DNA of 60,452 nt, taken from positions 1 through 60,452 of IMG/VR virus record IMGVR_UViG_3300042516_000861; one strand, written 5' to 3'. Under the pieces are notes generated by a model. The model made no database searches, was not told the DNA's origin, and worked only from the letters and a program-made list of their open reading frames with translations. This stretch comes from a virus (Duplodnaviria; Caudoviricetes). Position numbers and translations under genes: made by a program. Shown here one piece after another: positions 37,425 to 46,341 of the stretch (within the stretch, counting starts at the first letter, position 1; every line of letters starts with the position of its first letter).

Positions 37425-38431
37425 CGGGTTCCTCGGTCTGGAGGGATGATAACGAAGGTACAGCGGCAATTAGGGTGGACTATGGGCTTCTCCAGCCCGA
37501 TAGAGAACAGACCAATCCAAGGGACGACTTCTCCATTCAAAGGCGCACAAATGTCGCAGGTGCGCTCGTCTGGGGCTGTAATCCACATCTTCATAGTTGC
37601 AGGGTCTATGTATCCCGCTTCATCGGCTTGGCGATAGCCTTCCATTCGCCCTTCATTCTGGGCTATCTGAATCTCTGTGCGAGCAATCATGCGAGCGCGA
37701 GCGCCCTTGAGCCTGTCTGCGTAGGCTGTTGCAGATTTCTGAGCGCGTTGGATTGCTGTAGCCTCTTTGATACCAGCCGCGATGAGACGGTCTAGTTCTC
37801 GAATCTCGAACTTTCGAACGGCATCTGCCCACTTAGGGTGGAGACCAATAATGTTTTTAATTCGAACTGCCGTGCGGCGCACATCAATCTGCTCATTGAA
37901 TGAATCAATAATTATCTTACGGATTGCCTGACGGGTAAGGTCGTCAATACTTGTCACCAACTGCCCAGCCCTGCGAGCAGCAAAGGCTAGTGAATTAGGG
38001 TTTGTTTTATTAAAAGAAAGACTGAAGGCAACTGGTTCTGGATTAACTCTTGCCCAATTCGGAATCTTCGTAAAGTCCATATTTGCCATGGATTCAGGAT
38101 TTGCAATTCGAACTTGGGTAGGCGTAAATGCTGGCAGCGCCAAAACTGGAGCAATCTTTTTCAATCCTTGGATTGCTTCAACTCCACCGATGTCAATGAT
38201 GCCGAGCAACTCGGCTTCAATCTTAGGAGCATCACCATTGACAGAGATTGCTCTAAGCAAGCGGTCTAAGGTATCTGCATCTAAGCGACCAAGAATCTTT
38301 GCCAACTCATCCACTTTGATTTTGTCGGTTGCATTACGAATCGCATTAACGAGAACGCGAGCCATCGCCGCTTCTTCGGCGGTTAGAGGATTTCTGGAGC
38401 CATCTGAGCCAGAGCCAAAACTAATTGCCAT
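37421..38431 (-). CDS. MuF / SPP1 gp7-like head morphogenesis protein
   Basis: RARMIARTE, W..APDERTCDICAPLNG, HPNCRC. Confidence 0.9.
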   Translation of the reverse strand: MAISFGSGSDGSRNPLTAEEAAMARVLVNAIRNATDKIKVDELAKILGRLDADTLDRLLRAISVNGDAPKIEAELLGIIDIGGVEAIQGLKKIAPVLALPAFTPTQVRIANPESMANMDFTKIPNWARVNPEPVAFSLSFNKTNPNSLAFAARRAGQLVTSIDDLTRQAIRKIIIDSFNEQIDVRRTAVRIKNIIGLHPKWADAVRKFEIRELDRLIAAGIKEATAIQRAQKSATAYADRLKGARARMIARTEIQIAQNEGRMEGYRQADEAGYIDPATMKMWITAPDERTCDICAPLNGEVVPWIGLFSIGLEKPIVHPNCRCTFVIIPPDRGTR

Positions 38432-38434
38432 GCT

Positions 38435-39862
38435 CTACTCCAAATCGCCGTCTAGCGGTTCCTGTCCTTCTGGAATTTCAAGTTCTTCTTCCAGAGATGG
38501 CGGTGCATCAAATCCTTGAGCAGCAGCCCCTTCAGCGCCAGGCATTGCTGGAGCGCCGTAGGCTTCTTGTCCGTCATGTTCGGCAGGTGGTAATCCAGCC
38601 AAATCGCGTAAGTAATCTTCCAACTTAGGGTCTGGCATAAGAACGCCAGCGGTAGCCAACTTGGAAATGTAATCTGCAACCTCGGTCAAATCAATATGGC
38701 TTACTTCTCCGTATGTGAGGAATGGGGCGCGTGAGACATCCATTCCGTTTAGTTTCATAAGGCGAGGAATTGCATATTGATTAAATACTTCAGCAATGTT
38801 CTTGGCGATTGCATCAACTGACATTGACCATAAATCCATCTTTGATGAACCTAGGGCGTATGAACCTACGCGGTCTGAGCCTAGAAGAATAAAGTCTGAA
38901 AGGATTGACATAGACATGCGCTGGTCGTAGCGCTGAACAATTTTGTCTGTATCAAATTGGCGTGAGCCGCCTGATGATAGGAGAACTAAGTCGAACTGCT
39001 TATGTCCTGCATCATCATAAAGTGTTGGAAATACAACACCCTCTTGCTCATTGCGCTTGATAGATGTAACGATGTTTTGAACTGTCGAAAGAACATTTGC
39101 TTGCTCGGCTGTAGCCGCACTTGATAAATACTCAGGCGGTACATAGGCAACTGGCAATCCTGCTAGGTCGCGTTCAATACCGACTGCTTCGATTTCTTCG
39201 ATACGGCGCTTGAAGAACCAAGGGCGGTATGCGTTACGAAGGATTGAGCGACCCTCTGGGTTATTTTTAGCCGTAGTTGTACGGAATAGCAGAGCCTTCT
39301 CGATAGGGATGATGTGAGTGCCGCCCGATGATGGGTCGGTCTGCTCCATCGCTTGAATTCCACCGCGCTCGTCAATCTGCCAACGGAATAAAGTTTCTTG
39401 GGAACGGATAGGCAATTTACGCCATCCGATTTTATTATCTGTGTGCTTAGAACGCTTAGATGGGTCTTTTGCCTCTGGACCTGTACGGACTTTGTAAACA
39501 ATTTCGTTGTAGGAATATCCGTAAACGAGCATTGAGAGAATTTGAGAAAGTGTCTGGTCCCATGAATCCGACATATCGTGTAAGCAAGAATCTATGAACG
39601 CTGCTACTTCTTCATCTTCAGGCTTTACTTCACCATCTACTGAATTATCGGAATATGGGTCTACGCGCCATTCAAGGCGTGTAATAACTTTCTCAATCGC
39701 ATAAAGCATTGAGCCGATTGTTGGGTCATTGTCAGCCATCTCACGATAAACGCGAGCGCCACGAAGTCCACGAAGATTAACAAGGAATTCTTCATAAACC
39801 GTTCCACCAGAACGGCGTAAACCCGTAGAGCCGAGTTCTTGTAAATCTGGCTTTTCTGCCAT
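38435..39862 (-). CDS. Portal protein (Mu gp29/DUF935-like)
   Basis: YGYSYNEIVY, NPEGRSILR, GSYALG motifs; upstream of MuF. Confidence 0.88.
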   Translation of the reverse strand: MAEKPDLQELGSTGLRRSGGTVYEEFLVNLRGLRGARVYREMADNDPTIGSMLYAIEKVITRLEWRVDPYSDNSVDGEVKPEDEEVAAFIDSCLHDMSDSWDQTLSQILSMLVYGYSYNEIVYKVRTGPEAKDPSKRSKHTDNKIGWRKLPIRSQETLFRWQIDERGGIQAMEQTDPSSGGTHIIPIEKALLFRTTTAKNNPEGRSILRNAYRPWFFKRRIEEIEAVGIERDLAGLPVAYVPPEYLSSAATAEQANVLSTVQNIVTSIKRNEQEGVVFPTLYDDAGHKQFDLVLLSSGGSRQFDTDKIVQRYDQRMSMSILSDFILLGSDRVGSYALGSSKMDLWSMSVDAIAKNIAEVFNQYAIPRLMKLNGMDVSRAPFLTYGEVSHIDLTEVADYISKLATAGVLMPDPKLEDYLRDLAGLPPAEHDGQEAYGAPAMPGAEGAAAQGFDAPPSLEEELEIPEGQEPLDGDLE

Positions 39863-39871
39863 TGTATCCCT

Positions 39872-40030
39872 CTACTCTTTAGATGCTAGTCCGACAAGAA
39901 TTTTAATAGCCTGTTCTTCATTGAACCCTGCACTTTGCAACTCCGTGAATAATTCATGGGTTTGCACCGCGAAGGCTCCGAGAACGGACATGACCCCACC
40001 GCCATTTAGGTCGGAGTAATCATCTTTCAC
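39872..40030 (-). CDS. 52-aa hypothetical protein
   Basis: Not in the ORF track; GTG start, ...HELFTELQSAGFNEEQAIKIL. Confidence 0.55.
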   Translation of the reverse strand: MKDDYSDLNGGGVMSVLGAFAVQTHELFTELQSAGFNEEQAIKILVGLASKE

Positions 40031-40062
40031 CCAATGATTTTAGCATTAAGTGAATTTTGTAC

Positions 40063-40362
40063 TTATTCTCCGTCTAGGACAAATTCCTTGCAATTCATAC
40101 GCAGAGTAGTAATTTCTTTTGCGAAGATGCGAGCCATGTCTTTTGTACCCGCTTGAGCGTACATACGGTGTTCTGTCTGTTCGCCAAGTGAATTAAATGA
40201 ACGGAACGAAATCTTGAAAGGCAACTCATTGGCTGTCTCGGTCAATTCGATTTCTACATAATCGCCCACATCAATCTTATGCGATACGAACGGTCTGCCA
40301 GATTCGGTTACAACAACTTTAGCCCCAGGAATAGCGCTAACGAAGTAATCAGTCCAAGCCAC
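40063..40362 (-). CDS. Hypothetical protein
   Basis: AAGGGG RBS; AACCCC box and -10-like element at 40391-40403. Confidence 0.6.
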   Translation of the reverse strand: MAWTDYFVSAIPGAKVVVTESGRPFVSHKIDVGDYVEIELTETANELPFKISFRSFNSLGEQTEHRMYAQAGTKDMARIFAKEITTLRMNCKEFVLDGE

Positions 40363-40414
40363 GATTTTCCCCTTTCGTAAGGAAATTATTAACCCCTAGC
40401 ATACTATACGCTGG

Positions 40415-40846
40415 TTAAAAAGGCGCAACATCCGCTCCGAATGGAGCGCTCCAAGGGTCAGGCGTGGATGGATTAAATGAGGCATCTGTGCGCTGGACAA
40501 CGCTCGCGCTCGTTACATGGCGCTTGAGGTCAATGCCTACATTCCATGCGGTGACGGCAATCTTTGAGCGCTTAGCCCCCGTTGCCTTGTCATCCCAATT
40601 CTCTTGAACTGCGGTTCCGACCACAATCACGGACATTCCCTTTTGAACTGAATCGGCTACATTCTCTGCGGTCTTACCCCAACACTTAATATCCCAAAAT
40701 GTTGTATCGGTATTTTCCCATGAGCCATCGGCTTGCTTAACTGATTTTGATGATACGACTGTGAAGGTTGCGATTGCTTTTCCATTAGGGATTACACGCA
40801 ACTCTGGGTCTGCTACTACATTTCCCGTGATAGTTAATTGAGTCAT
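40415..40846 (-). CDS. ssb: Single-stranded DNA-binding protein
   Basis: ITGNVVADPELR, WGKTAENV, C-terminal DVAPF; start MTQLTI at 40846. Confidence 0.9.
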   Translation of the reverse strand: MTQLTITGNVVADPELRVIPNGKAIATFTVVSSKSVKQADGSWENTDTTFWDIKCWGKTAENVADSVQKGMSVIVVGTAVQENWDDKATGAKRSKIAVTAWNVGIDLKRHVTSASVVQRTDASFNPSTPDPWSAPFGADVAPF

Positions 40847-41139
40847 TTGATTTTTCCTTCGGTTATAGGTATCGGGATGATATTTAGTTTTGTTCTTATG
40901 CCTTGTCTTTCTCTGGTAGAGGTCCCTCCCCAGATTCCAACTACTGAATAATGTAATGCGTAGGTCAGACATTCTCGCTTCCATCGGCATCCATTACACA
41001 TCGCTTTTACTTTTTTATTCTCCTCTGTGACTTTGTTCTGGTCTGGAAAATAAAACTCCGTATCAATCTGTGAGCAAATCGCTCCTTCGAACTGCCAAGG
41101 TTTCAACACTAATAAATACTTCTTTCTCCTCATTGACAA
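40843..41139 (-). CDS. whiB: WhiB-family transcription factor
   Basis: Four Cys (C..D...F, CxxC, C) and GIWGG..RER; true start probably about 41109. Confidence 0.9.
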   Translation of the reverse strand: MSMRRKKYLLVLKPWQFEGAICSQIDTEFYFPDQNKVTEENKKVKAMCNGCRWKRECLTYALHYSVVGIWGGTSTRERQGIRTKLNIIPIPITEGKIK

Positions 41140-41383
41140 TCAACGGATGCGGGGAATTAGGAGATAACCTAGCCAATAAGTTGCCATTGCGCCATACCTT
41201 GCCACCAGCAATTCCATCGTAACTATTAGTGTCAGGCTTTACTAGAGATTCACAGTCATTCCAGAATTTACAGTTTCGGCAATACTGCAATCCTGGCTGC
41301 GCTAAATCTAATTGGTATTGGTCAAAGAGCCACGGGTCTGAATTGCGACACGGGGCATTATCCAAAAACTCTAATAAACTCAT
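41063..41383 (-). CDS. whiB: Second, divergent WhiB-like protein
   Basis: APCRNSDPWLF, CRNC....DC, GIAGG. Confidence 0.75.
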   Translation of the reverse strand: MSLLEFLDNAPCRNSDPWLFDQYQLDLAQPGLQYCRNCKFWNDCESLVKPDTNSYDGIAGGKVWRNGNLLARLSPNSPHPLIVNEEKEVFISVETLAVRRSDLLTD

Positions 41384-41460
41384 GGTGTAAATACTAGAGT
41401 TAGTTATTCAAATTATCTGTGATTTGACTCTCTTGGCGTGTCGCTAAATCGCCGAATCTT

Positions 41461-41751
41461 TCAACTAGAAGTTTCTGGAGAAGTTCCAGTCTCTCCTTCT
41501 CCGTCATCGTCATCGTCATACAGGTTGTCCTCTCCCCATGTATCTATTGCGTGATGAAGTAATCCCTTTTGTCGCCAATCGGGTTGCTGGTCATCTGCAA
41601 AAGTTGTTGTCCAATAACCGTCTGCCTTCCCATCTGTCCATTCTGCGACCAGAACCCAGCCAGTACAAATGGCTGGGTCTGGAAATGCAATCCTCGCTAT
41701 TTCTGCAAGGGCATTATCTATCGCGGAAGGCTTTTTTTGTTCTTCATCCAT
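41461..41751 (-). CDS. Hypothetical protein
   Basis: TGWVLVAEW...GLLHHA; acidic tail. Confidence 0.6.
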   Translation of the reverse strand: MDEEQKKPSAIDNALAEIARIAFPDPAICTGWVLVAEWTDGKADGYWTTTFADDQQPDWRQKGLLHHAIDTWGEDNLYDDDDDGEGETGTSPETSS

Positions 41752-41760
41752 GCGCCAACT

Positions 41761-42225
41761 CTAGTACCAGAAATTCCGATGCCAGAAGGAATCAGCGTTG
41801 CATGGCGTGTCGTAGCGCGATTCAATATAGAGAAATCCTCTTTCAATCTGTCGCTCAACCGTAGTCTTTGGGTCAAGTCCTAGAATCTGGGGAATTCCAC
41901 CTGCATGAAGGCGCTCGCCACCTTGGTAGACGGGCTGTTTATTGTAGGCATCTGGTCGCCAATTTGATTCGCCAGTCCACAAATCCAAAAGGCAAGCCCA
42001 TTGTTTCGGTGTATCCCAGCCGAATTTATCTAGTTGGGTTTTGGCGTATGCCTTAGCCGCCTCTGGTGTTCTTTCAACCAAGACAGGCTTAGGTGGTTCT
42101 ACAACTATTTCAACTGCATTTGCCGATGGGTCTTTTGGCATCTGAAGTGGATTAGTTGTAATCAGTAATGCGCTGATTAGCGCGATATGGATAGGTTTTA
42201 ATTTAACGGTTTCATAGAATCGCAT
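41761..42225 (-). CDS. Secreted lytic transglycosylase (SLT-like)
   Basis: Signal-like N-terminus; CLLDLWTGESNW, GIPQ, YIESRY..PC...WY. Confidence 0.8.
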   Translation of the reverse strand: MRFYETVKLKPIHIALISALLITTNPLQMPKDPSANAVEIVVEPPKPVLVERTPEAAKAYAKTQLDKFGWDTPKQWACLLDLWTGESNWRPDAYNKQPVYQGGERLHAGGIPQILGLDPKTTVERQIERGFLYIESRYDTPCNADSFWHRNFWY

Positions 42226-42393
42226 AATCCTCCATAGTTCGGAGCGAACGATTCATCGTTACTGGATGTAACGGTTCCTTGTTGTCAGTATCGGACTGAC
42301 CTCGCTTTTGAGGTGTAGGTGTTTTGCGAACCTGCATTAAAGGTAGCAGACAAAAGTGAATATAGTAAACAAGTGGGGTAATAAATAAAAGGC

Positions 42394-42546
42394 GTTCGGT
42401 GGGGGAGCCAACACAATGCGAGTCTATGAGAGAGGACAGACAGCATCGGGCAATCTACCCCACCGAACTTGGGTACCCGATAAATAGGGTACACCAATCG
42501 GGTATAGAACACCCGCCAAGAGCGTATATGGCACTCCTGACGGGTG
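42394..42546. ncRNA. Candidate structured RNA (three hairpins)
   Basis: Perfect 11-bp stem 42394-42404/42458-42468, 6-bp stems 42473-42478/42487-42492 and 42510-42515/42541-42546 in an intergenic gap. Confidence 0.4.
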
Positions 42547-42554
42547 AACTCTAT

Positions 42555-42968
42555 TTAGTCTATTCGTGAATCAACATAAGCGGTGATTCCGTAACTTTGG
42601 AGAACTTCTACCGCTCCCTTAGCAGCAGCGAACGCTCTCTCGTAACTTTGGTCGCGGCGAATACTTGGTGCGAACTCCCAGGAACTAACAGCGTAACCGC
42701 CGTAGTAGTGGGCTGAACCAATTCCGCGCTTCTTCAATTCAGCAACGAATTTTCCTCGCGCTGGCTTGATTACTACCGAAGCGAAACCGCATACTCCACC
42801 TTCAATGAAATATGTTGGCTTTGTTTCGTCAATTTCATTTCCGAAGAAAGTTGTTGGAGTACCGACAACCATTGGTGTTGGTCGGCAAGCGCGAACTGCC
42901 GCTTCTGCCGCCTCTGATGCTTCGACAAGAATCTCGTATCCGCTCTTAACTTTTTCTACTGTAGCCAT
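42555..42968 (-). CDS. Hypothetical protein
   Basis: Start MATVEK at 42968 after a GAGAGAGG RBS; GVCGFA motif. Confidence 0.7.
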   Translation of the reverse strand: MATVEKVKSGYEILVEASEAAEAAVRACRPTPMVVGTPTTFFGNEIDETKPTYFIEGGVCGFASVVIKPARGKFVAELKKRGIGSAHYYGGYAVSSWEFAPSIRRDQSYERAFAAAKGAVEVLQSYGITAYVDSRID

Positions 42969-42997
42969 TTTGTATCCTCTCTCTTGGTTACAACATA

Positions 42998-43026
42998 AGT
43001 ATATCTTACTGGGGTTGATTATGCAA
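42998..43026 (-). promoter_or_regulatory. Promoter with AACCCCAGT box
   Basis: TTGCAT-17-TATACT. Confidence 0.7.
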
Positions 43027-43154
43027 CTTCTGAGCATTACGCTCATCGGCGATTTGCTGTAAAGCCTTCTCAGCCTCCTCGCGCCTGATACGGCGTAGGG
43101 AGGCTTCAGAGACCCGTAGAGGCTCTTTGAACTTAGTCCAGGATGGAATTAACA

Positions 43155-43301
43155 TCAGAACCACTTCTCGCTCTCTATGGACCCCACAATGCCGAACACG
43201 GCGAATATGAGCAGGAATAGCCCCAGAGCATCCAGCCATTCTGAGACCTTGTAGCCACGCGCTGTAACGCGCCCTTGCTTTTCTAGGTATCTAGCCAACA
43301 T
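43155..43301 (-). CDS. 48-aa membrane protein
   Basis: Not in the ORF track; one TM segment; stop overlaps the next ATG at 43155. Confidence 0.5.
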   Translation of the reverse strand: MLARYLEKQGRVTARGYKVSEWLDALGLFLLIFAVFGIVGSIESEKWF

Positions 43302-43430
43302 GGTTTTTCTCTCCCTTGATTAGTGTGATGATTCCGTGTGCAACGAGTGAGGCATCTACCTCGCATCGAAAGCAATACGGCTTGCCATTGACGAAAGTGA
43401 TTCGGAACTCCGAACCGCATGTATAACATT

Positions 43431-44084
43431 TCATTTCTTTACCTCGCATATCACTTCAGATTCTCCGCGACCCGTTAAGACCGCAACGATGTCTGACTTT
43501 GGAATTTCTCTCTCTAAGATAATTCCGTCCTTGCTAAATCTGTTAGCAAAGAATTCTGCCTTGGCTTTGTCTAGTGTCCATGAAAGTCCATCTTCATTGA
43601 GACCCTTAACGCATCCACGGTAGATAGTAACCAACTCAGGTAGTGAATTCAATAACTCAATCTCCGTGTCGTTCATCAAGTAATGACGATTTGAACGCTT
43701 TGATGAGAGCAACTCTTTCCATTGCTCAAGGTTCTGCCATTGATTTTCTGTATCTGTCCAGATGCTAGAAAGAAGTGACCAGTATTTTGAATCTGGTAAA
43801 TCTTTTGCAATCGAGATAAATGCCTGGAGGCGATATGGGCGCTCATGCAGATAGATAATCTGACTGAACTTTCTGTGCAGAACCGCATCAATCAAATCCT
43901 CTTTCTTCTGGAGGTAGTAAGCGTTGGCTCTACCATTCGAAAAGAACGGAACTTGATAGACAAGCGGGTGACGAAGTTGAGGACCGAGCGCCCCATCTTT
44001 CTCAAAATATGGAACGAGGTCAGGGTGAAGTGGCTCATTGGTTTCTGCCAACAAGCGCTGCAAAGTTTCTTCTATCTGACTCAT
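43431..44084 (-). CDS. Hypothetical protein with ART-like motif order
   Basis: IYRG...GLSWT...RGESEVI. Confidence 0.55.
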   Translation of the reverse strand: MSQIEETLQRLLAETNEPLHPDLVPYFEKDGALGPQLRHPLVYQVPFFSNGRANAYYLQKKEDLIDAVLHRKFSQIIYLHERPYRLQAFISIAKDLPDSKYWSLLSSIWTDTENQWQNLEQWKELLSSKRSNRHYLMNDTEIELLNSLPELVTIYRGCVKGLNEDGLSWTLDKAKAEFFANRFSKDGIILEREIPKSDIVAVLTGRGESEVICEVKK

Positions 44085-44929
44085 TAGTAGCCTCTCTTTC
44101 CGAATTTCTTGATGAGGATTGCCTCTTGCTCCTCATAAGTGATGCCATGCTTTTCAGCCAAGTTGAAGCAAATCAACTGAGCAATCTCTCCAGCGAAAGC
44201 CCTACGGTTCTTTTGCTCCTGGATGCTTTCCTCTGTGTGTGGCTTGCCATCGTAATACTCTGTAACGATTTCGCGTTGAGAATCTGCGTACTGGCTGTAC
44301 CACTCTGTAATTGCTGAGCGCTCTGTCTTGATTACTCTTGTCCACTTGCCCTCTTTGTAAGTCAAAGGCTGACCTGATGCTGTTGGAGCGTTAGCCTTTT
44401 CTTTAGCGATTCGTGCAGCCTTCTTTGCTTCACGCTCTGCTTTGGCTTGAGCCTTAGCAATCTTGTCGGCTGTGACGATTCGGGATGGACGGTTCAAGAC
44501 CTCGGCTGGAGCAGATGGATAACATACTGTGCAAGCATCCTGACCAGCATCCTCAACGATTATCTTCTCATCGTCATTGCTGTACTGAACCAACCATTGA
44601 AAACGAGTTGTATCAAAGCAAGTTGAGCAATCCTGTGATTTGTGAACATGCCCATTGCTGTTGATTACTAAGAAAGCGCGTGTCCATGGGTCGCGGTCAT
44701 AAATCTCATTGAGGTCAAGAATCTGGGAACCTACTTCGAAAATCTTTTTTCTTGCAGATTCAATCTTGCCTTGTTGTTTTGCAATTTCTTCAATGCGGGT
44801 TGGGTAATGCTTTTCGTAGAACTCTTTTGTATCAATCGCACTTTCTAAGTCGAACAATAAATTGAAACGCTTGAAATGCAATTCAGATAGTTCTGTATCA
44901 ATCTTGACTGCGAACTCTTTGGTAACCAT
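44084..44929 (-). CDS. Cys/His-motif actinophage protein
   Basis: GHVHKSQDCSTC and ACTVCYPSAP. Confidence 0.65.
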   Translation of the reverse strand: MVTKEFAVKIDTELSELHFKRFNLLFDLESAIDTKEFYEKHYPTRIEEIAKQQGKIESARKKIFEVGSQILDLNEIYDRDPWTRAFLVINSNGHVHKSQDCSTCFDTTRFQWLVQYSNDDEKIIVEDAGQDACTVCYPSAPAEVLNRPSRIVTADKIAKAQAKAEREAKKAARIAKEKANAPTASGQPLTYKEGKWTRVIKTERSAITEWYSQYADSQREIVTEYYDGKPHTEESIQEQKNRRAFAGEIAQLICFNLAEKHGITYEEQEAILIKKFGKRGY

Positions 44930-44955
44930 CTTTGTCCTCTCTCTTGAACAACTCC

Positions 44956-44984
44956 AGTTTACACTATGGGGGTTAGATATGCAA
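44956..44984 (-). promoter_or_regulatory. Promoter with AACCCCC box (leftward of a divergent pair)
   Basis: TTGCAT-17-TAAACT. Confidence 0.65.
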
Positions 44985-45049
44985 CCTCATTCCATTACCC
45001 GATTCTCGGCGTGTCTGGGCTTATATCAGCCCGAGCCTGGACTCTCGAT

Positions 45050-45078
45050 TTCCTTTTCTAACCCCAGTAGTGTATAAT
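45050..45078 (+). promoter_or_regulatory. Promoter with AACCCCAGT box (rightward of a divergent pair)
   Basis: Box followed by TG-TATAAT and a GAGAGGGGG RBS. Confidence 0.65.
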
Positions 45079-45099
45079 GGAAGATGAGAGGGGGCAGAT

Positions 45100-45225
45100 A
45101 TGAGAATCGTCATCTGTTCTGAATGTGGCAAGGAATGGCAACTCCGTGGCGGAATGGCTTTTGAAAGCCTTTGGCGACACTTCAAGAGAGAACACAAAGA
45201 GCAACCAGTCGCGCAAGCGGCTTAA
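45100..45225 (+). CDS. 41-aa C2H2-type zinc-finger-like peptide
   Basis: Not in the ORF track; MRIVICSECGKEW...WRHFKREH. Confidence 0.55.
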   Translation: MRIVICSECGKEWQLRGGMAFESLWRHFKREHKEQPVAQAA

Positions 45226-45239
45226 CAAGGGAGACTGAT

Positions 45240-45935
45240 TTGGAGAGAGACAACCAAAAAAGCCGCCACTATGCGGCTGAGCGTTTTCTGTACGACACAG
45301 GAAAGACCGTCATAAAGACTGGTAGCAAAAACTTTCCCGAGATTAAATTTAATCTTACAAAACAAAGTTCAATCCATGATTGTCAAAGTTACCTGGATGT
45401 TATCTGCCACCAGTTTTGGTTTAGGCAACGATTCGGGGAACGCAAGATTTACATTGAATCAGGTCGTGGCGGTGGTCAGGCATTTGGCACCCGAAAAATT
45501 AAACTTGGTACCTGGGCTAGAAATGAAGCCGTCATCCTTCACGAACTGGCTCATTGCCTAACACCTAATGCAAAACACGGCGCAGAATTCTCTGGCGTTT
45601 TCCTATTCCTGGTCAAGAACGCCTTTGGTGCGGATGTTGCTAAGCAACTTCGAGAGTCATACAAAACTCATCGGGTGAAGTACAACAATAAAGCAATACC
45701 TCCGATTGATAAATCTTGCTTGACTCAACTTCAAAAGTCGAGGCTTATTCGAAAGAATAATCGAGCCGAGATACAGCGCAAAAAAGAACTTTCCGTAAAA
45801 CCCTTACTTTCTGAGGAGAAGGAGCATCTAATTAGATTGCTCACTCGCGCCATCAACTCGGGTCAATTCGGAGAGCCGAAAAGCAAGACCCGAGCCAGCG
45901 CTCAGAAAGTTATTCGAGAAGTAAAAAAGGTTTAA
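45240..45935 (+). CDS. HEXXH metallopeptidase-like protein
   Basis: VILHELAH...HGAEF; probable TTG start at 45240. Confidence 0.7.
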   Translation: MERDNQKSRHYAAERFLYDTGKTVIKTGSKNFPEIKFNLTKQSSIHDCQSYLDVICHQFWFRQRFGERKIYIESGRGGGQAFGTRKIKLGTWARNEAVILHELAHCLTPNAKHGAEFSGVFLFLVKNAFGADVAKQLRESYKTHRVKYNNKAIPPIDKSCLTQLQKSRLIRKNNRAEIQRKKELSVKPLLSEEKEHLIRLLTRAINSGQFGEPKSKTRASAQKVIREVKKV

Positions 45936-46171
45936 GGCTTCTTCTTATCTACCTTTGAGAAGGCTTCATTGATTTCAGTTGTAGTCAGTTTTCCGTCATC
46001 CAGGAAAGAGCGAGCCAGGGATTCAACCACGGTTGCAACTCCGAGCAAGCCAGCCATAAGCGCGGCGGTCAATGGCTCAAGCCCAAAGAGGGAGCCAGCG
46101 CCGATGACTGATAGACCAGATGCAGCGAACACCGAGAGGATTCGCATTACTACATTGTTTATATTTTTCAT
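45932..46171 (-). CDS. Small membrane protein
   Basis: Two hydrophobic segments; DDGKLTTTEINEAF. Confidence 0.6.
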   Translation of the reverse strand: MKNINNVVMRILSVFAASGLSVIGAGSLFGLEPLTAALMAGLLGVATVVESLARSFLDDGKLTTTEINEAFSKVDKKKP

Positions 46172-46341
46172 TCTTCATCCTTATTTCTGCGTAGTGGGTA
46201 AGTGAGAATCCAAATTACGAGGCACCATAAAGTCGCATAGGCAACTGCCGATTTAGCAGACCCGTCAATGGTTACCCAGGCAATAAAAAATCCCAGCATG
46301 GTGAATAACTGACCTATTAAGTCATTGAAGAAGTTCTTCAT
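46168..46341 (-). CDS. 57-aa two-TM membrane protein
   Basis: Not in the ORF track; coupled to both neighbours. Confidence 0.6.
   Translation of the reverse strand: MKNFFNDLIGQLFTMLGFFIAWVTIDGSAKSAVAYATLWCLVIWILTYPLRRNKDEE

Noticed and set aside
37425-37469. ORF-track start MPLYLRY for the double-ART gene
   Set aside because: It overlaps the MuF C-terminus; the ATG at 37424 gives an ATGA coupling and matches the duplicated KVIxF leader
5815-38519. Many plus-strand ORFs in the ORF track opposite the structural genes
   Set aside because: Antisense shadows of real minus-strand genes, with no RBS or family motifs
42226-42546. c-di-AMP (ydaO) riboswitch or hammerhead ribozyme upstream of the transglycosylase
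   Set aside because: I could not find their consensus cores; kept only as unassigned structured RNA candidates
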